Positions 20,085-31,756 of a stretch of 64,000 nucleotides of DNA are shown in pieces (the stretch's first letter is position 1; the number at the start of each line of letters is the position of its first letter). The notes under the pieces were generated by a model. The model did no database searches, was not told the DNA's origin, and worked only from the letters and a program-made list of their open reading frames with translations. Location of the stretch: assembly GCA_963737655.1 (NCBI GenBank), contig CAVTTN010000002.1, positions 3,328,001 through 3,392,000 of the forward strand, written 5' to 3'. Source of the DNA: an uncultured Planctomycetota bacterium. GTDB taxonomy: Bacteria; Planctomycetota; Planctomycetia; Isosphaerales; Isosphaeraceae. The position numbers and the translations under genes are program-made.

Positions 20085-20144
20085 GTAGGGCAGGCCTCGG
20101 CCTGCCGGCCTTCGCCCGTCTCGGCAGGCCAGGGCCTGCCCCAC
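20085..20144. repeat. GTAG-type REP doublet (GTAGGGCAGGCCTCGGCCTGCC family), copy 1, right arm diverged
   Basis: Same arms as 40532-40592 and 50483-50539; 19 bp after the MCE stop codon. Confidence 0.85.
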
Positions 20145-20250
20145 AGGAGTCGGAAGCCGGTGGTGCGGACGGAGCCTGAGCCTTGCCTGGTTGTCAAATC
20201 GAGCTTCCCTGATTGGAAAATTCCCTAACCGGGAATTCCGCGCCTCAGGT

Positions 20251-20278
20251 TAAATTCGGAACCCCGGTCAGCCGATGA
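20251..20278 (+). promoter_or_regulatory. Putative sigma-28 (FliA/SigD/WhiG-type) promoter upstream of flgM
   Basis: TAAA-N16-GCCGATGA versus the consensus TAAA-N15/16-GCCGATAA. Confidence 0.55.
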
Positions 20279-20434
20279 ATAAGGGCGGAGAGGCTTGCGG
20301 TGGGACGGGGAGAACGCCCCAGAGACCCGCCGACGAGCCGGAGTGACCTCGGGAGGGGCCCGCCGCGGGCCCGGAGGTCGCCAGCGACGCCGGCCGCCCG
20401 ACCGCCGGTCCTGCATCCGAAGGAGAGACATACC

Positions 20435-20719
20435 GTGGAAATTCATGGCGCCGGAGGGACCCAGGGTCCCCAACCCGTCTACCCGCGACTGGCCGCCTTC
20501 AGCGTGGAGGCCGGCGGGACGATCCACGCCGGGGCCCCTCGCGACCACGTCGAGATCTCCCCCCTCGGCCACATGCTCGACGGCATCGCCCGCCTGCCGG
20601 AGATCCGCCACGAGAAGGTCGAGGCGATCCGTCAGCAAATCGCCTCGGGCGTGTATGAAACCCCCGAGAAGCTGGAGATGGCCCTCGATCGCCTGATCGA
20701 CGAGCTCCACGGCTTCTGA
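20435..20719 (+). CDS. flgM: Anti-sigma-28 factor FlgM
   Basis: AAGGAG RBS then GTG; DHVEIS and PEIRHEKVEAIRQQIASGVYE. Confidence 0.85.
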   Translation: MEIHGAGGTQGPQPVYPRLAAFSVEAGGTIHAGAPRDHVEISPLGHMLDGIARLPEIRHEKVEAIRQQIASGVYETPEKLEMALDRLIDELHGF

Positions 20720-20935
20720 CTCGCAAGGATCGCTACCTGATCGCCCACGGACGGGCCGGGCCCAGGGCCGGGCGCGGGCCGGTCGGATTCGCCCCAGGGA
20801 AGGGACGAGTCCGCCCGGCCGGCGCCCGGCTTCTTTTCGCGCGCCGATCCTCGGACGAACCGCCCGGGATTCCCCGTTGGCGTGTTCTAGGATTCTCGCG
20901 GAGGCCCCATTGTCGGCGGTCCGGGAATCATTTCG

Positions 20936-21865
20936 ATGAATCCAGCGGTTCCCTTCCGGCGGAGGCTCGGGCGGACGGTGGCCTTGCTGGCGATCCTCTT
21001 CGCCCTCCTCGTCGCCATCCTGATCGCCGTGGTGGTCGCCCTCGTCCAGTGGCTGGACCGCGTGGATCGCGAAAACCGATGGGTCGCGCAGGCCGTCGGC
21101 GCCGCTCGCCGGCTCGACGACCTGGAGCGGTCCCCGGCCGACCTCCCGGCGAGATCGCGGGTCGAGGCGTCGTTCGAGGGTCTCGCGGAGCTCTCGGCCG
21201 ACGACCCCGAACGGTCGAGGCGGCTCGCGGGGGTCCTTGGGGACTTCGATCGCTGGAAGACTCCCCCGTCCGGGCCTTCCCGGCGAGGGGATTTGAGCCT
21301 GATGGAGATCCGGCGGTCCGTGCAATCGCTGGTCGATCCCGTGCCGGACCGGCTCGACCCGAGATCGGTCCTTCCCGGGGCGATCGGCGGAGGGGCGGCC
21401 CTGGTCGTCCTGCTCGGCTTCGCGGCGACCGCCCGGCTCGCCCGGCTGCCTCGGCTGTTCGACGAGGCGGTTCAGGCCGGCCTCTCCCTGGCCGAGCAGA
21501 AGGAGCGCGACAACCTCGAGCTGCTCTCCGAGGTCATCCGGCTCTACGCCATCGTGGCCATCGATGCCGAGGGCCGGATCGCCCGATGGAACGTGGCGGC
21601 CGAGCGGCTCCTCGGGTTCCCGGAGGCCGAGGTCGTCGGCCGCCACATCACCTGTCTGTACCGGGCCGAGGACGTCCGGGCCGACCAGCCGCATCGGGAC
21701 CTCGACTGGGCGACCCGCGAGGGGCGACTCGAAGACGACCGCCAGTTCGTCCGCAGGGACGGCTTCTCGTTCCGGGCCCACCTGACTCTGGTGGCGAGTC
21801 GCGACCCGGAGGGCCGGCTGACCGGCTTCACCTGCGTGGTCCACGAGATCGACGACGCGGCCTGA
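20936..21865 (+). CDS. Membrane protein with two TM helices and a C-terminal PAS/PAC domain, no output domain
   Basis: YAIVAIDAEGRIARWNVAAERLLGF...EVVGRH; RRDGFSF...GRLTGFTCVVHEI then stop. Confidence 0.8.
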   Translation: MNPAVPFRRRLGRTVALLAILFALLVAILIAVVVALVQWLDRVDRENRWVAQAVGAARRLDDLERSPADLPARSRVEASFEGLAELSADDPERSRRLAGVLGDFDRWKTPPSGPSRRGDLSLMEIRRSVQSLVDPVPDRLDPRSVLPGAIGGGAALVVLLGFAATARLARLPRLFDEAVQAGLSLAEQKERDNLELLSEVIRLYAIVAIDAEGRIARWNVAAERLLGFPEAEVVGRHITCLYRAEDVRADQPHRDLDWATREGRLEDDRQFVRRDGFSFRAHLTLVASRDPEGRLTGFTCVVHEIDDAA

Positions 21866-22020
21866 CGACCGCTCCGGGCCCGTCTCCGGAAGACTCGGCC
21901 GAAGGTCAAGGCCGGTTTCTGACGATAAGATGGGTCGTGGGGGCAGGAAGGCCCCGGCCCGTCCTCGCGGCGGGCCCCGATGGTCCCATCCCGGGCCGAT
22001 TCGATCGAGGAGATGAAGGC

Positions 22021-22842
22021 ATGGACGCCAGGCGAGTTTCGCGGTTCTGGGCGGCGGCGGCGATGGCCGGCGTGGTCCTCGGGGCGACGGCCGGGCCGAG
22101 ACTCCTTCTCGGAGACGAGCCCCCGAACCGCCTCAGCCGGATTTTCCGGCTCGGAGGCAGCAGCCGGACCGGTTCGAGCGGCTCCCAGTCGTCCTCGACC
22201 GGGGCGGGCGCGTCACTCGGGACAAGCTCCAGCGGGATGGCGGCCAGGTCGGCCTCCATGCCCCCCTTGTCCGCGCCGCCGTCCGCCGCAATCCCTCCCA
22301 CGGGCCCTCAGGGGACCGTCGGCACCCGGATCGCCCCTCAGCCCCGGGTCAGTCGGCCGATGACCGAATCCGACCCCCTGGTCACTCGGGTCTCTCTCGG
22401 GCGGTCGGATGACGGCAAGCAGTTCGCCATGTTCTTGCAGGTCTTCGCCGACGGCACGGTGATCGACGGTGAAGGGGTCCACCGCGTCGGCGCCGACCTG
22501 CTCCGCCCGATCGCCCAGACGATCCAGGGAGGCGACCTGGCCAAGCTCAAGGGCCACTGCGGAGGCCCGGCCGCCGACTTCATCGAGCAGGTCCACGTGG
22601 TCGTGTACGACCGCTACCTCGGCCGGCTCCGGGCCAGCTCGTTCTCGTATTCGGGCAATCCCCAGGGCTGCGACCCGTCGGTGAAGGCGCTGAATACCGC
22701 CCTGGACGCGGTCCAGAACAAGCTCAGCGGCCCGCCCGTGACCGGCCCGTCCTCGCCGGCGGCCCCGGTCGCCGCCCCTCCCCTGACCGAAAGCGCCTCG
22801 GCCCCGCCCCCGCCGACGATCGGCCTCTCCCCCGACCATTGA
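22021..22842 (+). CDS. Exported hypothetical protein
   Basis: Signal-like N-terminus, Ser/Pro-rich linker, globular domain with two Cys. Confidence 0.65.
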   Translation: MDARRVSRFWAAAAMAGVVLGATAGPRLLLGDEPPNRLSRIFRLGGSSRTGSSGSQSSSTGAGASLGTSSSGMAARSASMPPLSAPPSAAIPPTGPQGTVGTRIAPQPRVSRPMTESDPLVTRVSLGRSDDGKQFAMFLQVFADGTVIDGEGVHRVGADLLRPIAQTIQGGDLAKLKGHCGGPAADFIEQVHVVVYDRYLGRLRASSFSYSGNPQGCDPSVKALNTALDAVQNKLSGPPVTGPSSPAAPVAAPPLTESASAPPPPTIGLSPDH

Positions 22843-23112
22843 GCCGCCGGCGGACGCCCCCAGCGGTCGACCGAGAAAATCGGGGCCCGACCTTCCTTCT
22901 GAGCGGAGGAAGGTCGGGCCGTTTCGTTGTCCGGAGGCCGCCGGTCGGCTCGGGTGGGCAGGAGCGATCGACCCTGGCCCTGGGGGTAGTCTCTTGCGGC
23001 GAATCGGCCACGACCTTACAACGAAGCTCCCGGCACGGAGGGGTTTCCTCGAGCGCCTGATCCCCGCGCCGGGCCTCCCTTTTTCTTCCCAGACGGTCGG
23101 AGAGCCCCTCGG

Positions 23113-24347
23113 ATGTCGTCCACGAACGTGAACAGCCGCGCCAAAGCGGCTCTGGAAGCCGGAGAAGGCATCCTGAGGCTCGCCCCGACGTGGGTCCCCC
23201 GCTCCTTCCTGATGCCCGGGGCCCGACTGAAGCTCGCCCACCAGGACCTCTACGCTTTGGGCACCCATCGCGGAGGGATCGACGAGCGATGGTTCGGGTC
23301 CACCACACCGGCCGCCAACGAAGGCGCCCCGCCCGATGAAGGGCTCTCTACGTCGTCCACGACGGGGGCAAATTCACCCTGAAGGACGCCATCGACGCCC
23401 TCGGGGCCGAGATCATCGGCCGGGCCATCTGGGACAAATACAAGAAGTGGCCGGTCTACTCGAAGTTCTTCGACAATCTCGGCCCGATCCCCCACCACAT
23501 GCACCAGACCGCCGAGCAGGCCGCCCTCGTCGGCCGCGAGGGCAAGCCCGAATCGTACTATTTCCCCCCTCAATTGAACTGGACCGGCAACAACTTCCCG
23601 TTCACCTTCATGGGGTTCGAGCCCGGGACCACGAAGGACGAGGTCCGCAAGTGCCTGGAGCGCTGGAACGAGGGGGACAACGGCATCCTCGACCTCTCCA
23701 AGGCGTACCGGCTGAAGCCCGGGACCGGCTGGCTGATCCCCCCGGCCGTCCTCCACGCCCCCGGGTCGCTGGTCACCTATGAGCCCCAGTGGGGCTCGGA
23801 TGTCTTCGGGATGTACCAGTCGATGGTCGAGGGCCGCCGGGTCCCCTGGGAGCTGCTGGTCAAGGACGTCCCGGAGGACAAGCACCGCGACCTCGATTAC
23901 CTCGTCGAGCAGCTCGACTGGGAGAAGAACGTCGATGAGCACTTCAAGGCCCACAACTACCTGGAGCCGATCGTCCATTCCGGGTCGGAATCCGAGGGGT
24001 ATGTGGACAAGTGGATCGTCTACGGGACGGTGGACGGCAAGCAGCTCTTCAGCGCCCGGGAATTGACCGTGATGCCCGGCCGCTCGGCCACGATCAAGGA
24101 CGACGGCGCGTATGGGCTGATCGTCGTCCAGGGCAGCGGCACGATCGGCAAGCTCGGCGTCGATAGCCCGAACTTCATCCGGTTCGGCGAGATCACCCAG
24201 GACGAGGTCTTCGTGGCCGAGCCCCGGGCGAAGGAAGGCGTGACGTTCCACAACACCGGCAGCGAGCCGTTCGTGAGCCTCCGCTACTTCGGGCCCGACG
24301 TCCACAAGACGCTCCCGGCCGTCGGCGACCACGCGAAGAAGGGCTGA
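23113..24347 (+). CDS. Cupin, class I mannose-6-phosphate isomerase-like protein (frameshift near 23348)
   Basis: LRLAPTWVPR, IDERW, then KFFDNLGPIPHHMHQ, GKPESYYF, LHAPG, YEPQWGSD. Confidence 0.8.
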
Positions 24348-24402
24348 TCGATCGACCCCAATCCGGAGGGCCCGAGGCGACCGTCCCGATCCGAGGCCGC
24401 AA

Positions 24403-25029
24403 ATGACCCTGACCGATCCCGACCGCGAGGACGACCTGCCCGAGGAACTGGCCGGGCGGCTCGCCGCCGAGCTCGGCCCCGGCGAGCGCGTGGCCTGGTC
24501 CGGAAGGTCGCATCTCCGCGTCCGTCGGTTCGAGCACAAGTTGTTTCTCGGCCTGGGGCTGATCGGGCTGGGGATCGTCATCTTCTGCCAGATCACCTTC
24601 GGCAACGACTTCGGCGGGGTGGCCGTCGCCATGCTGTTCGGGGTGGTGATTTGCTGGTCGGCCGGGCTGATCGTGACCCTCTCCGGCCTGGGAGGGATCT
24701 TCGTCGCGAGGAGGAACGCCCGGCACAACCGCCAATCGCTCTACGCCATCACCGACCGCCGCGCGATCGTCTGGCGGCCGGCTCCCTTCACCGACGGCGT
24801 GGAGGTCCGCAGCTATTCGATCGGCCAGATCGTCTCGACGTCCCGGATCGACCATCTCGACGGCACCGGCGACATCCGGTTCCACCTGGCCGATGGCCAC
24901 GAGCCGGGGGTCATGGTGCCCGACGCCTTCAGCGGCCCCGTCCTGATCGGCGGCGGGTTCTTCGGGATCTGCGACCCGAGACGAGTCGAGGAGATCCTCC
25001 GAAAGACCCTGGTCGGGCGTTCCTCGTAA
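24403..25029 (+). CDS. Membrane protein with PH-like C-terminal domain (paralog of 25847-26470)
   Basis: ELGPGERVAW, two TMs, YAITDRRAIVW, DGTGDI, GFFGI..RRVE. Confidence 0.7.
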   Translation: MTLTDPDREDDLPEELAGRLAAELGPGERVAWSGRSHLRVRRFEHKLFLGLGLIGLGIVIFCQITFGNDFGGVAVAMLFGVVICWSAGLIVTLSGLGGIFVARRNARHNRQSLYAITDRRAIVWRPAPFTDGVEVRSYSIGQIVSTSRIDHLDGTGDIRFHLADGHEPGVMVPDAFSGPVLIGGGFFGICDPRRVEEILRKTLVGRSS

Positions 25030-25164
25030 GGCGGGCGCAGCCCGCCACTCCCGAGGCGTCCACCGGCCGCCCTCCGATGTCCCATAAGCAGAAGGTTGGC
25101 GGCCAATCGCCGCCGCAAGCCCACGGGCCGGGAAGCTCCGCGGAGGCCCCAGATTGGAGGAGTC

Positions 25165-25845
25165 ATGGCGACTGTAACCGCCCCGCACCCGACCGTCGAA
25201 GCCGATCGATCGCTGACCCTGTTCGGCCTCGACTGGAAAGCGTATCTCCAGATCGCCGAAGCCCTTCCGACGAGGCACAATCCGCGGCTGATCTACCTCG
25301 ACGGGAGGCTCACGTTCGTGGTCACCTCGCGACTTCGCGACTATTTCGCGGAATGCCTCGGTGATCTCGTGAAGGGGATCGCTCACGAGCTAGGGATCAA
25401 CTGGGAACCCGCCGGTCAGGCCACTTTCCGCGACGAAACCAGGGGCGGGGGTGTCGAGGGGGATCGGACCTACTACTTCGGCGAGCATGCCGCGATCATG
25501 AAGGGGCCGGTGAACATCGACCTGACCACCCAACCGCCGCCCGACCTGGCCATCGAGGTCGAGGTCAGCAACCCGGCCGATCGCGCCCTGGAGGTCTGGG
25601 GGCGGCGGGGCGTCCCGGAGGTCTGGCGGTTCGACCCGAACGCCTGGACCTTCGGCTTCTGGCTCCGCCGCGACGACGGGACCTATGCCCAGGCCGACCG
25701 GGGGCTCGCGTTCCCGGCCCTCGAAGCGGCCGACGTGATCGCGCAGATGAGGAGGATCGAGGAGGTCGGGACGGCCCGATGGTTCTCGGAGCTGGCCGGG
25801 TGGGTCCGGGACGTCCTCCGTCCCCGAGTCGTCGGGAGGCCCTGA
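25165..25845 (+). CDS. Uma2 family endonuclease-fold protein
   Basis: GVEGDRTYY, PPPDLAIEVEVS, GVPEVWRFD. Confidence 0.88.
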   Translation: MATVTAPHPTVEADRSLTLFGLDWKAYLQIAEALPTRHNPRLIYLDGRLTFVVTSRLRDYFAECLGDLVKGIAHELGINWEPAGQATFRDETRGGGVEGDRTYYFGEHAAIMKGPVNIDLTTQPPPDLAIEVEVSNPADRALEVWGRRGVPEVWRFDPNAWTFGFWLRRDDGTYAQADRGLAFPALEAADVIAQMRRIEEVGTARWFSELAGWVRDVLRPRVVGRP

Positions 25846-25846
25846 G

Positions 25847-26470
25847 ATGAGCCCCGATCCGTTCGAGCCCCGATCGATCGAGATCCCGGAGGCGATTTCC
25901 TCGAGGGTCAAGCCGGAACTGGCCCCGGGCGAGCGCCTGGTCTGGGCCGTCGAGTCCCATCGGCGGGACGTCCCGAGCGATCGCGGCCTGGGCTGCGGGG
26001 TCCTGGTGATGGCGGTGGCCGTGGCCCTGTCCGGCCTCTGCGGGATGGCCGCCTCCGGGATGTTCAGCCGGAGGTTCCCGCAGACCGAGGAATTCCTGTC
26101 GGTCGTCGCCGGGGCCTCGGCATTCGTGGCCGTCGTGGTCTTCGTGATGGTCCTCCTGGGACTTCGGGATCGGTCCGCGAACCGGGCCGCCCAACGTCCG
26201 TCGGTCTATGCGCTGACCGACCGCCGGGCGATCGTCTGGAAGCCCCGCCCCGACGGCCCGGGGGTCGGCGTCTTCTCGTTCCCCCGGGGGACGATCAGGA
26301 GCGTCGATCGCGTCGAGAACCCCGACGGCTCGGGCGACGTCCTGTTCGGCCCCCATGACTTCGGCTCCCATCGACCGACCGGCTTCACCGACGTGGCCGA
26401 GGTCCGCCGGGTCGAGGCGCTGGCCCGTCGGCTCCTCCTCGACCTCCCCGAGTCGCCCGACTTGACCTGA
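25847..26470 (+). CDS. Membrane protein with PH-like C-terminal domain (paralog of 24403-25029)
   Basis: ELAPGERLVW, two TMs, YALTDRRAIVW, DGSGDV, GFTDV..RRVE. Confidence 0.7.
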   Translation: MSPDPFEPRSIEIPEAISSRVKPELAPGERLVWAVESHRRDVPSDRGLGCGVLVMAVAVALSGLCGMAASGMFSRRFPQTEEFLSVVAGASAFVAVVVFVMVLLGLRDRSANRAAQRPSVYALTDRRAIVWKPRPDGPGVGVFSFPRGTIRSVDRVENPDGSGDVLFGPHDFGSHRPTGFTDVAEVRRVEALARRLLLDLPESPDLT

Positions 26471-26515
26471 TCCGATCCGACCCGTTTCCTGACTTTTCCC
26501 CCATTGAGGCGAACC

Positions 26516-27571
26516 ATGAGCGGCACGCATCCGAACACCTGGCCGAAGCTCCACAACGCCGCCTGGCCCGGGGTCGTCGGCAAGGGGGAGGGCTCGGAAC
26601 CGCCGATCCCCCTGGAAACCATGCTCGACCTCACGGCCGACGCCGAGGTGGACGGCGTGAAGTTCGACGGCGTGGACCTCTTCCTCTTCGCCCCCCACGT
26701 CGATATCGACGCCACCGATGAAGACCTCAAGAAGCTGGCCGACATGGTCCGCACTCGCGGCCTGGTGATCGGCTCGGTCGTCGCCCCGGTCTGGCCTCCC
26801 ACCGGCGGAGGGTCGTCGATGGACGAGGGCGAAGGCCGGACGAAGTTCCTCCAGCAGGTCGAAAAGGGCTGCCGGATCGCCTCGTACCTCCGCCACGAAG
26901 GGATTCGTCCCTACGGGGTGGTGCGGATCGACTCGTCCTGCGGCCCCGGCGAATGGGCCGCCGACCCCTCGGGCAACCAGGCGAAGATCGCCCAGACGTT
27001 CAAGCTCGCCGCCAGGATCGCCGGGGACTACGGCGAGAAGCTCGCCGCCGAGGGGGAGATCTGCTGGGGAGGCATGCATTCGTGGAAGGCGATGGTGGAC
27101 CTCCTCGAACGCGTGGGCGAGCCCGACCGCGTGGGCTTCCAGGCCGACATGGCCCACACCCTGCTTTACACGATGGGCTACAACGCCCCCGACGACCGCA
27201 TCCTCCCCGAGAATTTCGGCTGGGACGACCCCTCTGCGCTCGACGCGGCCTACCGCAAGGTGGCCTCGGCCCTCCGGCCCTGGACGATCGATTTCCACGT
27301 CGCCCAGAACGATGCGACCGTTCACGGGACCGGCTCCCACGACAAGACCGGCCGCCACTGCCTGGCCACCGACCCCAAGGGCAAGCTCGACATCGTGAAG
27401 CATGCCGGCTACTGGCTCCGCGACGATTCGGGCGAGCTCACGAAGAAGGCCGACCACATCTGCTGGGACGGCTGCATGTTCCCCAACGCCGTGATGATGA
27501 AGCCGGAGACCTGGAATGATATCCTGAGGACCATGATCGCCGTGAGGGACGCCCACGGCTGGCGCGACTAG
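26516..27571 (+). CDS. Xylose isomerase-like TIM barrel sugar isomerase/epimerase
   Basis: Metal-ligand pattern [20 protein letters not shown]; strong codon bias. Confidence 0.8.
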   Translation: MSGTHPNTWPKLHNAAWPGVVGKGEGSEPPIPLETMLDLTADAEVDGVKFDGVDLFLFAPHVDIDATDEDLKKLADMVRTRGLVIGSVVAPVWPPTGGGSSMDEGEGRTKFLQQVEKGCRIASYLRHEGIRPYGVVRIDSSCGPGEWAADPSGNQAKIAQTFKLAARIAGDYGEKLAAEGEICWGGMHSWKAMVDLLERVGEPDRVGFQADMAHTLLYTMGYNAPDDRILPENFGWDDPSALDAAYRKVASALRPWTIDFHVAQNDATVHGTGSHDKTGRHCLATDPKGKLDIVKHAGYWLRDDSGELTKKADHICWDGCMFPNAVMMKPETWNDILRTMIAVRDAHGWRD

Positions 27572-27596
27572 GACGGGACCCGTCCGGAGACGACCG

Positions 27597-28394
27597 ATGC
27601 CCAGCCCATTCCCCGGGATGGACCCCTACCTGGAAGACGCGGCAATCTGGCCCGGGGTCCATCACCGGCTGATCTCGGCCGTGTCCGACCAGTTGCAACC
27701 GCTGCTCGTCGCCCGCGGCTATTTCGTCGATGTCGAGAGCCGGGTCTGGCTGGAGGAAGCCAAGGGCCTCGTCCGGCCCGACGTGGTGGTCGCCAGCCTT
27801 TCGACCCCTCGTGCAGAAGGCCCGGCGGATGAAACGGTCCTGGTCCTGGACGAGCCGGTTCGCCTGCCGATCCTCGTCGAGGAATTGCACGAAGCCTACC
27901 TGGAAATCCACGAGATCGCGACGAAACGCCTGGTCACGGGGATCGAGATCCTCAGCCCCTCGAACAAGCAGGCCCACATTTCGAGGAAGCTCTACCTCCG
28001 GAAGCGAAAATCCCTGAGGAAGGACGGGGTCAACGTCGTCGAGATCGACCTCCTCCGGGGCGGCAAGCCCCTGGCCAGGCTCCCCCGCTCGGTGGTCGAG
28101 GGGTGGCCTCGCGACGTCTCCGTGGTCAATATCATCCGGCCCCGGGCCGAGGATTATGAGTTCTATCCCATCGAGATTCGCAGTCGTCTGCCTCGATTCG
28201 GAGTCCCCCTGAAGAGGGGAGAGGCCGACGTCCCCCTGGACCTTCAAGCGGCCCTTTCCAGGGTCTTCGAGGTCGGTTATTACGAGGGACGGATCGATTA
28301 TGCCCGCGATCCCGTCCCGCGACTCTCGCCCGACAATGCCGAGTGGGCGAACGCCCTCCTGATCGAGAAAAACCTCCGACTGCGGATCGCCTGA
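27597..28394 (+). CDS. DUF4058 family protein (restriction-endonuclease-like fold)
   Basis: [42 protein letters not shown]. Confidence 0.9.
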   Translation: MPSPFPGMDPYLEDAAIWPGVHHRLISAVSDQLQPLLVARGYFVDVESRVWLEEAKGLVRPDVVVASLSTPRAEGPADETVLVLDEPVRLPILVEELHEAYLEIHEIATKRLVTGIEILSPSNKQAHISRKLYLRKRKSLRKDGVNVVEIDLLRGGKPLARLPRSVVEGWPRDVSVVNIIRPRAEDYEFYPIEIRSRLPRFGVPLKRGEADVPLDLQAALSRVFEVGYYEGRIDYARDPVPRLSPDNAEWANALLIEKNLRLRIA

Positions 28395-28434
28395 GTCTCC
28401 GACCCATCCCGTTCACCCTCTCCGATGGATTCCC

Positions 28435-29583
<1,149 letters not shown>

Positions 29584-29625
29584 GGAGAGTTCGGATCGCG
29601 ATGGACCCCGATGACCGAGGGATGA

Positions 29626-30177
29626 ATGGGGACCGAAAAGGCGAAGAGCAGGTCGTCGGGCCGACTGACGGTCGGGGAGCTCATGCTCCTGATCGCCGGA
29701 TTGGCCCTGGGTTTATGGATCATCGCTCCGACGCTCCGGTCGGACCCGAGGATGGGGGCCGACGAGCCGTCGCTGCTGGGATCGGCGTTCGTCCTCGGCG
29801 GGCTGTCGCTGGTCGGGCCGCCGTTGCTCCTGATCGAGCGGAGGCGGCGGCGGAGGCCGTGGCGGGCCGGGAAGCTCCTGTGGTTCTCTTCGGGGATGGC
29901 GGCGTGGCTCCTCTGGCCCCCGGTGATCTACAACCGGGCCCGCAACGGGAACATCCAGCAATCGGCCTCGGCGGTCTGCTTCGCATACGGGACGCCGTTG
30001 ATGGCCGTTTATGTGACGGCCGCGCTCCTCGCCGGTGGACAGATGCGCCGGAGGAAGAGGAGAAGGGCGGCGGAGCTGTCGTGGCGCGACCGCTTCGGCC
30101 TGCTGTTGGGTCTGGCCTGGGCGTGCGTCGGCCTGTATGTTCTGTCCAAGTTCTATCGCGAAGAATTCCAGCATTGA
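29626..30177 (+). CDS. Hypothetical membrane protein
   Basis: About five hydrophobic segments; RLTVGELMLLIAGLA N-terminus. Confidence 0.65.
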   Translation: MGTEKAKSRSSGRLTVGELMLLIAGLALGLWIIAPTLRSDPRMGADEPSLLGSAFVLGGLSLVGPPLLLIERRRRRRPWRAGKLLWFSSGMAAWLLWPPVIYNRARNGNIQQSASAVCFAYGTPLMAVYVTAALLAGGQMRRRKRRRAAELSWRDRFGLLLGLAWACVGLYVLSKFYREEFQH

Positions 30178-30205
30178 ATTCACCCCGAAGCCGAAGGACG
30201 CTCCC

Positions 30206-31045
30206 ATGAAGATCGGGATGAACCTGCTGCTGTGGACCGACATGGTCACCCCCGAGCACGATGGCCTCCTCGAACAGATCAAGGCCCTCGGGTTCGACGC
30301 GGTCGAGGTCCCGATCTTCAACACGGCGGACCTCAAGCCCTACGAACGCCTGGGCCAGAGGCTCAGGTCCCTCGGGCTCGGCTCCACGGGCGTGACCGTG
30401 ATGACGCCCGAGGCCAACCCGATCTCCCCCGACAAGGCGATCCGAGACGCCGCCGTCGCCCACCTGGACCGCGTGATGGAATGCGGCCAGGCGTTCGGCT
30501 GCGAGATCCTCTGCGGCCCCACGCATTCGGCGATCGGCATTTTCTCCGGCAACGGCCCCACCGCCGACGAGTTCTCCGCCGGGGTCGAGACGCTCCAGAA
30601 GGCCGGCGACAAGGCGAAGGCCCGCAACATGATGATCGCGACGGAGTACCTCAACCGATTCGAGATTTATTTCCTCACCACGGCCGCCCAGGCGTCGCGG
30701 TTCATCCGCGCCGTCGATCATCCGAACGTGAAGATGATGTACGACAGCTTCCACGCCCACATCGAGGAGAAGAGCCAGGCCGAGGCCATCCGCACCTGCG
30801 CCTCCGAGACGATCCACGTCCACGTCTCGGAGAACGACCGCGGAGTGCCCGGCACCGGCCAGGTGGATTGGGACGGCTATTTCTCGACCCTCAAGGAAGT
30901 GAACTACAACGGCTATCTGACGATCGAAGCCTTCGGCCGGGCCCTGCCCGCCCTCGCCGCCGCCACCAGGGTCTGGCGCGACCTGTTCCCCGACGCGATG
31001 GGCCTCTGCCGCGACGGGATCGCGTTCATCAAGGGCAAGATCTAG
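30206..31045 (+). CDS. D-psicose/D-tagatose 3-epimerase family protein
   Basis: GFDAVE, EYLNRFE, YDSFHAHIEE, HVHVSENDRGVPGTG, TIEAF. Confidence 0.88.
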   Translation: MKIGMNLLLWTDMVTPEHDGLLEQIKALGFDAVEVPIFNTADLKPYERLGQRLRSLGLGSTGVTVMTPEANPISPDKAIRDAAVAHLDRVMECGQAFGCEILCGPTHSAIGIFSGNGPTADEFSAGVETLQKAGDKAKARNMMIATEYLNRFEIYFLTTAAQASRFIRAVDHPNVKMMYDSFHAHIEEKSQAEAIRTCASETIHVHVSENDRGVPGTGQVDWDGYFSTLKEVNYNGYLTIEAFGRALPALAAATRVWRDLFPDAMGLCRDGIAFIKGKI

Positions 31046-31162
31046 GAGTCGGCCAGGCCGAATGTGTTGGGTCCGCGATTGCGGACCTCTTCGCTCCAAG
31101 TTGATCAAAGGTCGGCAATAGCGGACCCCACGAAATTCGGAGTCGGACCCGTTGCATCAGGC

Positions 31163-31756
31163 ATGGCGGACGACCAGGGGAGACGCATGGACATCAAGGG
31201 CCTCCGGGGCGAGCAGGTCCGTCTCGTTCCCCCCGAGCGGTCGGCCCACCTGGAAAATGCCCTGCGGTGGATGAACGACCCGGCCGTGATCGCCACGTTG
31301 AATGCACCGATGGGCGCGTCGCGAAGGGCCGAGGAGGCGTGGTTCGACTCCATCGAGGCCGCCCGCGATCCCAATCCCCACTGGGCGATCCTGGATCTTG
31401 CCGGCCGCCATCTCGGAATGATCGACCTGCGAATCCACTGGGCCTTGCGTTCGGCCGGAGGGGGACTGGTGATCGGCGAGCGCTCGGCCTGGGGCCAGGG
31501 CTACGCGAGGGATGCGGTTCGCGTGCGGACCCGGTTCGCCTTCGAAACCCTCGGCCTCCACCGGGTCGAGGGACATACGATCAGTCCGGCGATCCGGCGA
31601 GTGTACGAGAAGTGCGGGTATCGCCACGAGGGCACCCAGAGGCAGAAGATTTGGCGGCATGGGACGTGGCAAGATGCGGAAATGTATGCGATCCTGGATC
31701 AGGACTTCCGGGCCCTGCCTCCTCCTCCGCCGAGACCCCGCGATGAACCGACCTGA
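31163..31756 (+). CDS. RimJ/RimL-type GNAT acetyltransferase
   Basis: WGQGYA, FAFETLGLHRV, YEKCGYRHEG. Confidence 0.85.
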   Translation: MADDQGRRMDIKGLRGEQVRLVPPERSAHLENALRWMNDPAVIATLNAPMGASRRAEEAWFDSIEAARDPNPHWAILDLAGRHLGMIDLRIHWALRSAGGGLVIGERSAWGQGYARDAVRVRTRFAFETLGLHRVEGHTISPAIRRVYEKCGYRHEGTQRQKIWRHGTWQDAEMYAILDQDFRALPPPPPRPRDEPT

